Origin: Vicugna vicugna | Lineage: Eukaryota | Assembly: GCA_013265495.1 (NCBI GenBank) | Contig: MU058337.1 | Coordinates: forward strand, 5,126,716-5,190,715 | Reading direction: 5' to 3' | DNA length: 64,000 nt | In this document: positions 26,673 through 39,654 of the stretch, in pieces | How the letters are laid out: each line of letters starts with the position of its first letter | Numbering within the stretch: position 1 is the stretch's first letter | Position numbers and translations under genes: made by a program | Notes under the pieces: model-generated | Told to the model about the DNA's origin: nothing | Databases searched by the model: none | What the model saw: only the letters and a program-made list of their open reading frames with translations

Positions 26673-28795
26673 TTAGCATGGAAACACTTGGTAGGGTGAT
26701 CAAGAAATATTAGATTTATTAAATTTGCTATGCAGCATCAAACATGAACATATGAAGCTTAAGATGGCTATACGCTCTAGTGTGATTACACGTTAAACAT
26801 ACTAATTGTTACTGAATAGAAATTTGCATATATATTCATTATGCAAATTTAACACAGTGACCCACCCTATAAATTTTTAACAACATCTTATGTGTGGAAG
26901 AAAGGAATCATACAGTTCTGATCATCTATATGATCCTAAAGCCTAGACAAGATAATGACATTCTGCCTCACTGATTTTCTATTAAAAATAAAGTCTGTAG
27001 AATGCATAATTCTATGAAGATTATGGCTGATAGCCAGAACAGATTGTTTCTCACTAAAAATAGCTGGTCTGCTTGTTTATATTGAATAAAATCCAGTAAA
27101 TGGCCACTGGAGCTCCACACTGCATCCTTCGCTATGTGCTTAATGTTGTAACAGAAATAAATATATAATTATAGTAACAAAATTGTCATAGTTGTCACAC
27201 ATTTCATTTTAAGGTCACTTAAAGAAATTGGGATTGGATTCATGTCCCATATTCTATTTTCATTTCAAATAGATTTTGACAATATTTGCTGCAGCCTTTT
27301 ACTAGGAAGTTTTCTTGGCCCAAAAATTTCACCGGTTTTCAACTTACCACATAAAAGTATGCAAAATGTAATAAAAATTGTCTGTTTATTTGGATCGATT
27401 CCTATCTTTGACACAGTGTTCTGCTGCCGTAGATAAAACAGTTAAGCAAGATCACTGACTGAAACACGAAAAAATATTCACTCTGTCTTGGGAGTGATAT
27501 AGTTTCCTGGGCTGTGGATTAGAAACACCTCAGGTTATCAAAAAAAAATTACTGTGTTTATTATTTTCCATTGAATTATTTTCTACCACCTTTTAAAAGG
27601 ATAGACAAAATTAATCAATTCAGCTTCTGAATCTCTTCCTTTCCTCTTGCTCTGTTAAATAAAAAAATAGAAAGAGGGAAGGCAAGATAAAATAAAGGCG
27701 GGGAAATAAGGAACACAGATAATTATTTATCCACTGCAAAGGGGAGTCCCTACATGAAATCTTCATTTCTTGGCTCTTTTCCATTATTTTTAACAATTTC
27801 TTTCAACGTACACAAATTATGCCTTCAGTTTAGTAAATTCTGCTTCCTCCTTTGACTGTGAGATTTAGAACTGGATTGAATCAGGACCATCCAGTAAAAC
27901 ACCAGTTCTGCCCACCTGCTCCTTCGGCTTCCTCATGCGGACAGAAAATGCCCCAACACACAGAAAGACCAGACATCACGAGGTTTACGTGAAGGATGCT
28001 GGAGGCACCGTATTTGGTTCTCCCTTGATCCCAATCTCTTTGTCTCCATATTAGCTTTAATAAGGTCATAATAAATAGCATTTTCATTCCTGAGGTTTTG
28101 TGAAATGTAGAATGTATACACAGTTTAAGACATTCTAATAAGTGTCTTCTGGGTACAAAGAAAGCAAAAAATACACAGGCTTTTCTTTTCCTAGACATTG
28201 TCTTACTCTTATGGGTCATTCCATGATAACAGAGCATCTAAAAGCCATAACAGAGAGTGCTGTAAATTTAAGGTGTGCTCAGAGAGCCATGGAAGACTCC
28301 CGGGGGAGCCACAGACTGGTTTCTCATCATTTAATGTCTATAATATGACAAAATATAGACTTCTGCTTCTGGTATAGTTTACCAATTCACTGATATTATC
28401 CCCATTTGGTGCATCACTGAAAGCAGGACGAGTCTTTCTGGACACGGAAGAGTAAAGAAGTTATTTTTACAGAGGCATTTCTTCATCTTCTTCGACAGTG
28501 GTCCTTAACAACTATGTTTGAAAGGTCATAATTCAGCGCATGACTCCTCCAGGATTCTCAAGCACTGACAAGTAGTGAATCAATCAATCAAAAAACCCTT
28601 AGAGAAAACCTGAACCTACTCTCTTTCTCAGAGTACGACTGGAAGACACACGGGGTCTCCTTGCCACTTGAAAACTCTATACATAATTTCCCACTTTAGT
28701 TAACTTACAATAAGATATCTAATTAGGCCACTGGGGATTTTTAAAATACAATCAAATTCACAATAGGTGGTGTGGTACTTAATGTCAAATGAGGG

Positions 28796-29240
28796 GAGAT
28801 CTATCTTCTTAACAATTTTTTCAGTCCACAATACAACAAAAAAGTTAAAATTGTTAACTACAGGCACCAGGTTGTAGAGTAGATCTCTCAGGCTTCCTCA
28901 TCTCGTGTAACTGAAACTTACGCCCACTGAGTAACAACACCAACTTCCGCATTTCCTCGTCCCTCCATCCCTGGCAACCACCATTCTCTTTTCTGCTTCT
29001 GTAAGTGTGACTATTTTAGATATTTCTCACGTTATGCATTCTTAACATACACACACAAAAGCAAAGGGATCCAAGGGCATTTTTGGAGGTAATGAATTTG
29101 TTTATCACTTTGATTGTGGTGATGGCATCACAAGTGTAGGCATATATCCAAATTCATCACATTGTATACATTAAACATGTGCAGTGTTTTGTACATCAAT
29201 TATACCTCAATAAAGCTGTTAAAAATTTTAATTAAAAAAT
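28796..29240 (+). mobile_element. L1MB-like 3' end with inverted 5' segment
   Basis: 28796-29028 is L1 3' UTR in minus orientation. 29029-29240 is the following UTR segment in plus orientation, ending TATACCTCAATAAAGCTGTTAAAAA. Confidence 0.78.
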
Positions 29241-30894
29241 GAAAAGTCCCTCCTCCCCAATTTTTTTTTAGAAATTTAGAGGACTTTCAAGCTTTTAAAA
29301 TTTTTTCTCTTCTAAATAATAACTGTATCTCTGTATATGTGAATAAGAATAAAAACGATTTAGTTGTCAAAAAAAATCACATAGGGTAAAAGCCTCATAA
29401 GTTGAAAAAATAACAGGTATCATGGAAAACTTCTCTGATAAATAAAAGCAAGAGAATTTAAAGGTGTGCTTTGCCAGTAAAAGGGGGAGATAAATTATGG
29501 CTTAAAGTGAAAAATCTCCAGATGGTGGGAATCTGGCATGCTATCATTCTTTGAAAGTATGTTCCTAGGTGAGGGAATTGAACCAACTTGCTTAATTAAT
29601 TAATTAAAGCATACTAATGGATAAAAATGAGGACATGGTTTCTATTTTCTAGAAGCTACAATATTAAGTAATTAGCCTCAATTTATCATTCTTCTTCCAT
29701 TCTACACCTCCCCTCGTGGGGGTGTATGGTTATGTGTGCTGAAGGACCAAAACATATGTAACACCTCCTAGAACAAGTCTGATGAAAGAAAACCGAAGGG
29801 CACAGAGGACAGACAACAGAAGCACATGGGACTGCGGCACCAAGCAAAAAGATGACTTAGACACAAGGACAAATGATGATCAAAGAAGGCAAATACTGCA
29901 AACACAAGCCTCTGAATATTAATGCCTGCAGATAAATCATTTGTTTGGATGATTATAGAAGTCAATGGATGAGTTGGATAAATGGTAAAAGTTTATAACG
30001 CTAAGAGCGAAATACATCATGAAAGCAAATTGATTAGTTAAATCGTCACTATTGGTGGGCTAAGGGAACCCCTTTTTCCACTCGTGGTAGGGGGGTATAC
30101 TGGTACAATTATTACAGAGAATATAAATTCTTTGGGCAATTTTTTGATTGAAAAGTTTTAATATATTTTTATTCATTTAGATCTATGCAATCCACAGCAA
30201 AGAATTAATACTTCAGATTTATGCAAATATTCTGCTAGACGAATGTAAATTATGACATTTGTAACTTGAATAAAATAAGAGGCAATTTAGACGTCTAAGA
30301 AAAGAGGGTTGGTTAAATTCTTTTGCTACAATCATATTATGGAATACTATACAGCCAAATCAATAATTTTGCAGAAGAATATTTATAACATGAAAATATA
30401 CTCATTATGAGTTGTCCAGCAAATTGGCATGCTAAAAGAACATGTTCACAAATTGGCATTGTAGTAAACTACAAAAAATGACAGCTCTGGCGTTGGAGGG
30501 CCTGTATTAAAAGTTGGTATTAAACTTGCACCTCAGGCACTTACTATGTAAGATGGCAAACTGTTCAAATTTCCAATTCCTTTTTCTGTAAAAAGAAGAA
30601 TAATTATGCTCCTTCTCACCTCATTCTGTTTGGGGAATATTAAAGAAGATAATGCATTTGATGTCCTTAGCATTTTAGCTGTTGAGTAAGTGCACACAAA
30701 TGCTGTTGACAGAATAGTGTAAGCATATCATTCATCATATATATGGATATTTATGCTCATTTTGATTTCAATATTGACACTGATAAGATGTACATATATG
30801 GTTATAAACCTCAAAGTTTTTATGCCTATCCCTTTGGATTTCAGTGTGATTTTTGTTGGCTTTGCTTGTTTGTCTGCTTTGCTTGAGCTGCGGA

Positions 30895-31200
30895 AGCGAA
30901 CAGGAGTGAGGAGTTCTGCGGCTGGAACACACAACCCCAGCATCTCAGCTGCTTAAGACAACAAAGGTTTATTTCTCACTCACGTTACAGATCCTTGGTG
31001 GGTCCACAAAGGTTGCTGGTGGTCATCCTCATTCAGAGATCCAGGCTAATGCATCGGCCACCATCTCAAACACTACCAATCCCTTCACCAGGGAAAAAGA
31101 GGGAATGACCAATCTCTGACCAGCTCTTAAACCTCCACTCCCAACGCCACACATCCCTTTGCTCACATTTTTTGGCCAAAGCCAAACACATACTCAGGAG
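30895..31200 (-). mobile_element. Old MaLR LTR fragment (MLT1I/J/K-like)
   Basis: CATCTCAGCTGCTTAAGACAACAAAGGTTTATTTCTCACTCAC...CTCACATTTTTTGGCCAAAGC. Confidence 0.6.
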
Positions 31201-32614
31201 ACCCTCAATAATACCAAACATGTATTTTTAAGTCAAAAAGAGTTTAAAACTAACGTGTAGACCATCGTAAACCATTTTAAGTTTTAGAGCAGAACACTGA
31301 CAGGAGAATTGAGAAAGTTCCCTCCTCCCCCCAGCCCCAGGAGCAGAAATTAGGATGAATCACTGTACATACATCCTGACTCTATGAGAGTTACTTAACT
31401 AGATGAGGGAGTTAAAGCTGGGAATTGACAAGAGCATCTAAATTATCCCTCTAACTTTAAGACATCATGATCACACTTAGTCATCACTGGCAGAAGCAAG
31501 TGAGCTAATTTCTGGTGAAAAACGCCTGCATTTGGCCCCCAAGGTGGACTACACCAAGGAGCCCGAGTACCACCAGGAGAACTGTTTTTCCCCCTCCGCC
31601 CCAGCCGGCGAGCTGCTGCGGCTCTGGCTGGAGAACTGGCGGGCCTTGTAATTGCTTTCCTCACTCATGTAACCACAGCTGCAGGTGTCATTCATAAACT
31701 GCTAAACCAATCCTTTGGAAGTTTTCACATTGGCTTTTTGCTTTGAAATATGCAATACCCATGCGTTGCAGATACAGCCCGAGGAGAAAGGAAGAGTGTC
31801 TGACCATTGGTCCGAGCACTGGACTGCCTGTCATTAATCCTCGGCCTTCATGCTCAAAACTCCTATATCTTGTTATGGTTCCCTGGAAAAATCACTTTAT
31901 TCATCAATACCTCCATTTCCCTGCAGGAAACCAGAGAAGCTCATATTTTATCTGTAAAGTGCTTCAAAAGCCTTGAATGAATTACAAAAACCAAAATAAA
32001 AAATATAATTCTATACTTATCAACATTCTTTTAATAAAATTAACTTCAAATATACTCTGTTGCTTTAAAATGGTAGCTAATAAGTCAGTGAATCTCTAGA
32101 AAGGTAGGAGACAAATATATGTTTGTCAGAGTTCATTAAAAATTGACATATAAAGTCCAAAAATAATTCTCTTGCACCAGCATTGTATAAAAAAATCTCA
32201 AGACAGCTGAAAAACCACTGGCAAATATATACATATATACCTAAAGTCATTTTCTACATTTCATAGATATTTTATATGCTTTTCTTAGTTTTACATTATA
32301 TATTTGTTATTTTTAGCAATAAACAAATAATAGTAGTTAGAGGGATTTTTAGTCTTTGCTATTTAAAAGCTTAATAAGCTTACTTAAGCACTAGAATCAC
32401 AATATTTTATGAATGCCGGTAGAACAGTGGTTCCTGTCTGGGATTATCAGCGAAAGACTGGGCAATTCAGAAATGCTTCTGAGATTAAAAATTCCTTCCA
32501 CCCATCACCTGTCCTCCCACCTATAATCATTAGGGATGAATATCACAGTATGGGAAAACACTGTTACAAATAATCTTGGACACTGTGGGAGTTTTCCGCC
32601 CAGAGGAAGCTATA

Positions 32615-33305
32615 AGTCATGAAAAAGACACATGATAAGAAATAATGATGAGGATGTGGAGGACCTGGAACCTTCATCCACTGCTGGAGGAAATGTATAG
32701 TCACTCTATAGACTACCTTGTGGTACCTCAGAAAGGTAAACACAGTTACTACCTGACTCAGTGATTCCCCTCATAGGTAGATATCCAAGAGAAATTGAAA
32801 ACACACGTGCGTACAAAAACTTGTATCCACAGAAAGTTATTCATGATGGCCAAAAAGTAGAAACAATGCAAATATTTACCAACAGTTGAATGAATAAACA
32901 AATATGGTATATCCATATAAATAAGTATTGCCCAGCCATAAAAATGAAGATACGTTACAATGACACATGCTGCAACATTGAAACTATGAAGCTAAGTGAA
33001 AGAAGCCAGAAACAAAAAGAACACATATTTTATGATTCCATGTATGTGAAATATCCAGATTAGACAAATCCACAGAGACAGGAAGTAGATTCGTGGTTTC
33101 TAGGGACTGAGTGGAGAGGACAATGAGAGAGACTGTGAAGAGGGTACGGGGTTTCTTTCTGTGGTGACAATAATGAGGTAGTGGTGATGGTCAGGTAGTT
33201 CTGTGAATATACAAAAACCCACTAAGCTGTACACTTTAAAAGAGTGAATTTTATAACATTTGAATTGTATTTCAATTTAAAAATTCATTTTTCCAAAAAA
33301 AAAAT
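32615..33305 (+). mobile_element. L1MB/MC-type 3' fragment
   Basis: GAGGATGTGGAG...GGAACCTTC, CTAAGTGAAAGAAGCCAG, ATGATTCCATGTATGTGAAATATCCAG and GTACACTTTAAAAGAGTGAATTTTAT motifs, plus an A tail. Confidence 0.8.
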
Positions 33306-34054
33306 CTATGCAACATAAAATTAAATTTCTGATCTAACATTTAGGTAAAGGAAATCTTTCTCCTTTTCCTTTTTCATGAACAAAATTTGTAATCACTTTA
33401 ATTACTAGTTCCTCTGAAGGCATATTTCACGTTAACTTTGCCATTTTCATGTCAGAGGTGAAACTGTATTTCTTTTTTCGATAAATCATAAAGAATGAAG
33501 CCAGCTTTCCTCTAGATGAATTCTTCCTTCTCCTCCAATTTGTACTGATCTGGTACCAAGGGCACACCTGAGGCTACATGCCTTCTAAAACAGGACAAGC
33601 TTATTCTGAGCTATCTGCTTATATGTGATGCTTTTTCAAAAGCCAACGATACAGCTCATCAGAATGTTATTGAGTTTCAGAAATGTCAGTGGACAATTAG
33701 ATGGTCTTACTCAGAAAGCTTTGAGCAAATATCTAAACTGGTCCCCCCCCCCCTTTTAATGTAGCATTGAACTGAACTGAGCTGAATGGAAATTGAACAG
33801 ACCTCAAAGCTGATGTAGACTGATAGGGTGAGCGTGAGTGTGAGAGCGAGTGTGTGTGTGTGTGACAGAGAGGGAGAGAGATTATATTTCTCCACGTGCT
33901 TTCACTCATGGATACTGGAGTTACTGTTAGCTCTGAAAAGACGGATTTTTCCCTTATTCAGGGATCTCAGCTACCTTTTCAATAAGATAGAGGCGAACTG
34001 AGCTCATCCCACTCCCAGGGTGAGAAGGGGTGGCCGGCTGAGGCCCTCGCTTAC

Positions 34055-34201
34055 CCCGCCCCGAACAAGGCAGCGCGGAGCTCCCCTGGCACCTCCGGGC
34101 GCTCTCCTCGGCCGACAGCGCGCAGGAACGCGGGTGCTCACACTTCTTCCCGGACCAGCCTGCTCTGCAGTCACACCTTCCACAGTTACACTGCCCGTGA
34201 C
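34055..34201 (-). CDS. ITGBL1: ITGBL1 internal coding exon (exon 7), 147 nt, phase 1-1
   Basis: cattgtgaag|GT CAC GGG CAG TGT...TCG GGG CGG G|gtaagc. Translation (G)[48 protein letters not shown](G). Confidence 0.95.
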
Positions 34202-34422
34202 CTTCACAATGAGAGTGAGAATATACACGTTATTATATGTACATATATGCAATATACACGTATATATACATGTATGTGAGAGAAAAACATACGGAGGTCA
34301 GAATCAGTGTTCATTTCAACAATGAATGTCACAAACGAGTCAAGATTTCAATTCACACAACATGAAACATTAAGGCAAAAGCCCATTTTTCCCAGTGTTT
34401 TTAAATGTCGGCTCTATAGGTC

Positions 34423-34536
34423 ATTTTTTGAGGGGGGAGGTAATTAGGTTTATTTATTATTTTTTAGAGAAGATACCGGGGGTAGGACCTCGTACACGCT
34501 AAGCGCATGCTTTACTGCTGAGCTATACCTCCCCCC
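34423..34536 (-). mobile_element. Camelid Vic-1-type SINE with the B-box deleted
   Basis: Minus strand GGGGGGAGGTATAGCTCAGCAGTAAAGCATGCGCTTAGCGTGTACGAGGTCCT-[no GGGTTCAAT]-ACCCCCGGTATCT...AAATAAACCTAATTACCTCCCCCC. Confidence 0.85.
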
Positions 34537-37500
34537 AGTACCTGGTCTATACTGATTGATCATGAAGGTTAAAGAAAAGCAACAACTCCAGATCGGATAA
34601 ACAGGGTCACAGGGCCATACACTTGAGTCGATCAGAATGCAAGTGCATGTGACTGTATTGGTCTGCTGGGGCCCAAATGGAGGCCTTGATGGATTTGGCA
34701 ATTAATTTAGGCAGAGGAGAGCCATGGGAAATGGAAAACAATTTGTTTTTGAAACAGGGTCTTCGCTTCTGGAGTCCCCCGCACTTCATTTTCATTACCT
34801 TTTTACCACACACTACTTGCTCAGCCTACAGACAGACCCTTAGCTTAAAACCAGTAACCTGTGTGGAGCTCACAATGATTGAAGACTAATTTCATACACA
34901 CAAAGGAGGTCAGGGAAGAAATTAAATTTCTTTACATGTGGACGTAATCTTGTAAAGAACTGTGATTAGTTGTGATGTGCTACAGCAAAAAAATAGACCA
35001 CGCGATCAATTAATTACATGGGTTCAAATCCTGACCCTGATCCCTACAGAGTAGGGCTAGTCAAATGACAACCTCTTTGAGGTTTAGTTTCTTCATTTTA
35101 AAACAGGATAAGATATATTATCCATCCATATTTACCAGAAAGTACATAATATGTCTTAAAATGCTGCATAAAAGTGAGCTACCACTATTTTCATTCATTT
35201 GAGCCCACATATGTAACTACATAAGAATAGAAATGAAATCAGGATAACTTAGCTGAGCTTTTACTAACTCTCAATAACCATCCAGATTCCCATCGTTAAC
35301 AGATGCAAAATAAAGCAGATTTCTATAAATTCTGAAAATACGTATGAAGGATTTTAAAGGAAGTAGAATTCTATTTTCTGTAATAAATCAAATATAATAT
35401 TAATGGATGAAAATCCATGCAATTCTGTCTTTGGGATCTGATGTTAATGTATATCACACAGTATGGAAATTGGCCTCCAGTGAAGACCAGCCTGTTCTGT
35501 CGGTATTCTGTGAGGTTCGTGGGCAGATGTCCACCTTTTGAGTTTAGTGAAGAATTGGATGATTCACATAACGTATCAGGCAGTGTTTCACCAGCTATAA
35601 ACCTGGCTCTTTGTGGAACAAATCATAAAATCATAGGTCTAAGTAGAATGAGCCATTAGAGATCACTGAATCCAAATCTCTCATTTAACACCAAATTCAA
35701 CTCAACAAGCATGTAGTGAGCAATCATTACACAACAGAGTCTACACAACAGATTGCTGTTAACATTAATGCTTTGCCTTACAGCTCATTATTTTAAAGGA
35801 AAAGTTGATTGCTAATAAATATGTATGACATGTGACTATGATCATTTGGACCTTCAAATATGAGAATTTTTATTATAATACTTTAACTTTCTAGCAATTC
35901 TGTCTCAGAGGTTTTGGGTTCCATGGCTTTTTGCCATTTATTCTGGCTGAAGAAATTCCTAACCATCTTCCCAATCCCCATGTAAATTACAGAAAACTTT
36001 GCAAACAGAGCTATATTGCAGATGCAAAGTTAAGCAAGTTTTTGGAACAAAATCTTTAACGTTTAAAGTACAATCAATCCTGCTGTTTTATGGGAGCAGC
36101 GGCTTTGAAATTCTTGGGGATGAGAGGTTCAAGGGCAGTCAGATCTGCCACGAGGATGCCGGGCAAAGTACAGAACATGCTGCCATTTGTGGAAGACTAA
36201 GGTGACACTTCAACAATAAAACTGAAAAACAGAGTTAGATTGAAGGGGAAAAAGCTTTACTCTTGAAAGCTGAAAAGAGCTGTGAAAGTTAAAATAAAAC
36301 ATTGAGTAGGCGAGGAAGCCAGGAAATCCCTAACTCCCCCGGAGAATGCCACCTGCTCCTGCAGGTGCCTGGGATTCACAGGCAGTGAGGGACCAGATCC
36401 CCAGGCACAGGGAATAAAGCAGGAGCCTGTGTGGAGGGAGACATGATGGGAGGGAGAAGGTCCTCAAGTTTGATAGCTGGTCTGAGAGCAGTCGTTACTT
36501 CCTATCTGAGGTTCACTCGTATGTCAACAATAAAACAAAGACTGTGGCGGCATAAAACAAATCCTTGAAGATGATCAGAAGCTACCAATAGAGATTTTTA
36601 GAATTAAAACCTGGTTTAGCTTGTATCCGAAGAAGTCAGATTAATGGTGGGTGCTTTAACAAATTTTGAGGACCATGCAGATGCTCTGGACCTACGGGAA
36701 ATCTCTGAAAGTCTTTGACCTTCCTGCCCTTATAGTCACTGGCTGTTTTCTTGTTGTTCTATTTTCCTCACCCAGCCTTTCATCCCTCTGCTTCCTCCCT
36801 AATGTTATGCAGTATCATTTCTCTGTCCCTTTGCTATTTCTGTGCTCTTCCACAAACTCCAGGGGAAAACGGGGCCTAGAAGGTCTTTGCCTCTATTTCC
36901 TGGGCATTTAATGCCGTATCACGAACGGTCTCAAGGACTTCTATAAATTTGTGCATCACCTCCACACACTGCCAACTCCAGGGAAAGGTGGGAAGAAGAT
37001 ATAAAACATGTCCTCCTCCCTGCCACGTGCGTGGGGATCTCTAAGCTTCTGTGCCTCTGCCTCAGCCTTGTACCCCAGGTCTTGCCTCGTCTCAACAGAA
37101 GGCCCTCTCAGTCACCCAGCTGCAGTCGATTGTGTAGACACTGGAATAAACTGATGGGATCGTCTCATTGCTGTGATTAGCTTGGGATGAAAGGCTTTGC
37201 CTCGCAATGGAAAAGTATTAAAGTGGGAGAACGTTGTCTAGTTGAGGATGGCCCCTGCTCCTCCTCAAATCATCCACAGATGTGTCTGCCACACTTTGCC
37301 ATCCAACCTCAGTTGAACAAGTTCAAGTCAAGAAAAGAAGGGTTATGAAAGTATGAATGACTTAAGTAAACCATTCATAACAAAAGAAATTCCTGAGAGT
37401 CGGTGAAGACACGGCAACCAGTTTAAATGATGAAATAGTGGTATATGGAACGGGATTTTTTCCCGAAAGTTTCATTGTTTTGGGACAGTGGAACACCTAA

Positions 37501-39654
37501 ATCAAATACCCCAATGAAGATCACAGAGGAAGCAAATGTAAAATAGAGAAAGGTTTAAATAACTCTAGTCTAACATGATGAAAAATAGCGTCGACAGTGG
37601 CATTGCCTGACCTAAGCTTTGATCCCGAGCTTAATCTGACAAATTAACACATGAACGTAACTTTTGCTTTCACAGTCATAAAAATTAGATTATACATCTT
37701 CCAATAACTCCAAGCCCCATGCTGTCAAAAATATGCTATGGATCTCACTTTAAATGAAACCGTACCTTTTTCTATAAAATCCTTTATGATATTTCATTGG
37801 TAGAGTTAGGAGATCAGTTAGAAACACAAGGTATTGACATCAGATTCTGTCTCAGAATAGACAGCAAATCAAAAAATGAAACTGCAATCTCTCTTCTGGG
37901 GGTACTAGCTTCTCAATTCCAGCATAAAAGTTATGCCAAAGAGAGAGAAAGGGAATCATTTTACAGGGATAAAATGAAGATGAAAATGCTTGGCTTTTGA
38001 TTTATAAAGCAGAGCTTAGAAATGATAAGATCTACTTAGCATGAAAATCCTTTAGACTGCCACAGCATACTATGTCAGAGTCTTTTATAAACAAATAGTG
38101 AAAAAAGCATAAGTGAAGAAATTAGAAGATCTGAGTCTCTATCTAATCATGCCATAGGCTCACGTTTCTCACTTTATCTTTACAATGAGAGAACCAGAAG
38201 AAGCAAATTTCACCACACTGATCAGAAGGGTAATGCTTCATTCAGTGCTGGTTTGGAACTGGATATTTACAACGAGCTTCTTACAAAGTAATATGAAGAC
38301 CATCAACAGAAAAGAAGTTCAGGGGGATAAATTAGACCTAACTAATTTTTTTAAAAGATTTCATTTGAGATATTAGTTTCCCTTTCAAGACAATGCAAAC
38401 TGAATGTACGTAACCATTTCTTTCAGTTTCCTTTCTTAATGCTTTGGTAATCCACTATGACAAATTCCCCGACATTATATGGTTCTATAGAATGATTCCA
38501 TTTTCCAAACTAAGGGAACTCTAAGCCAGGACTAATCTTACATTTTCATCATTTCGACAGGCAAGAACAAGCTGAAAGAGTTCAAAGTCACACTGCAGCA
38601 TTATTTTTCCAATTAAGGGATTTGGGGAAATAGACCAGAGTGGTAAGCAGCCATCAGGAATAACAGAGTTATTTCAGAATCAGAAAGCAGATTCAGTGGA
38701 GCAGCTCATAAAACTGAAGTAACAGAGCAGCTGGTACACTTCAGGATGGCCTGTCATGTCCTTGTCATTTTTGTCACACTCAAATTTTGTCAACAGTATC
38801 ATCTTTGACCATGTGTGTATGTATCTTTGGGGGTGTACAAGTCATGTTTGTGTATGGATGAGCTCCTGCACACACAAGTCAACACTCCTAAATGTTGTTC
38901 ATTTGGAATGTTGACAGGAATGAAAGAAGAAATAAATACAGCTGATTTATTTGGGAGCAGGGATCATGTTTTAAACTTTGTATCCCATGCCCTGTACCCA
39001 TGATGCAGTAGGCATAAAATATTTATATTTAAGTACATTATTGAATAGATGAATGGACAGCATGGGAATGAAGCAATGAAATGAGAAGGTCAATAAACAA
39101 GCCAACTACAATCCAACTACAGTCCAATGGGAGATTTCCCTTGGATCTAAATAAGATCAACACTCAGCATGACAAGAGTGGGAGCTAAAAATAAAGCTGC
39201 ATTTCATCTGAGCCTCATTACACAGCAGCCTGGCATAAGTCACCAGAGAATATCTACGTAGTTGGGGACTTTCGTCTCCTATCACTAAGGCATTAACATA
39301 CTCAGTAATCACCTGCATGGCTCCCTTCCCGTGGTGCACCTTACACTGGCAACTAGGAAAATTGTGAAAACTAATAATTCACTAAGTATAATGTACAGAA
39401 TTCTACAGGTTTAGTAACAGTGAAGACGTCCTCCAGAGATGGATGCCTGCCAAAGATCATAATGATGTTCAGTGAAGCTGAGTTTTATAAGAATTCAGAG
39501 CATCCAAAGGACAGTTCCTCCTTACCAAAATAAGGTAAAATTGAAGAACTTTATTTGCATCACTTGGAGATTGAATTATATGAGTAGTTAGGCGGTCTGT
39601 GTTTTCACATGACACTTAGGCGCAGTGTGAATGCTGTCAAGTTACTTAATTTCT

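Larger units (their letters stand above)
1..34054 (-). other. ITGBL1: ITGBL1 intron after exon 7 (more than 34 kb, continues past the left edge)
   Basis: Begins at the GTAAGC donor after exon 7. By eye I found no further Cys-rich exon (expected GKCECGKCTC...) between 34054 and 1. Confidence 0.75.

Noticed and set aside
29592..29607. TTAATTAATTAATTAA palindrome
   Set aside because: A simple (TTAA)4 repeat, expected in AT-rich DNA.
34004..34325. Overlapping Arg/Pro/Gly-rich ORFs on both strands
   Set aside because: They are alternative-frame and antisense shadows of GC-rich exon 7.
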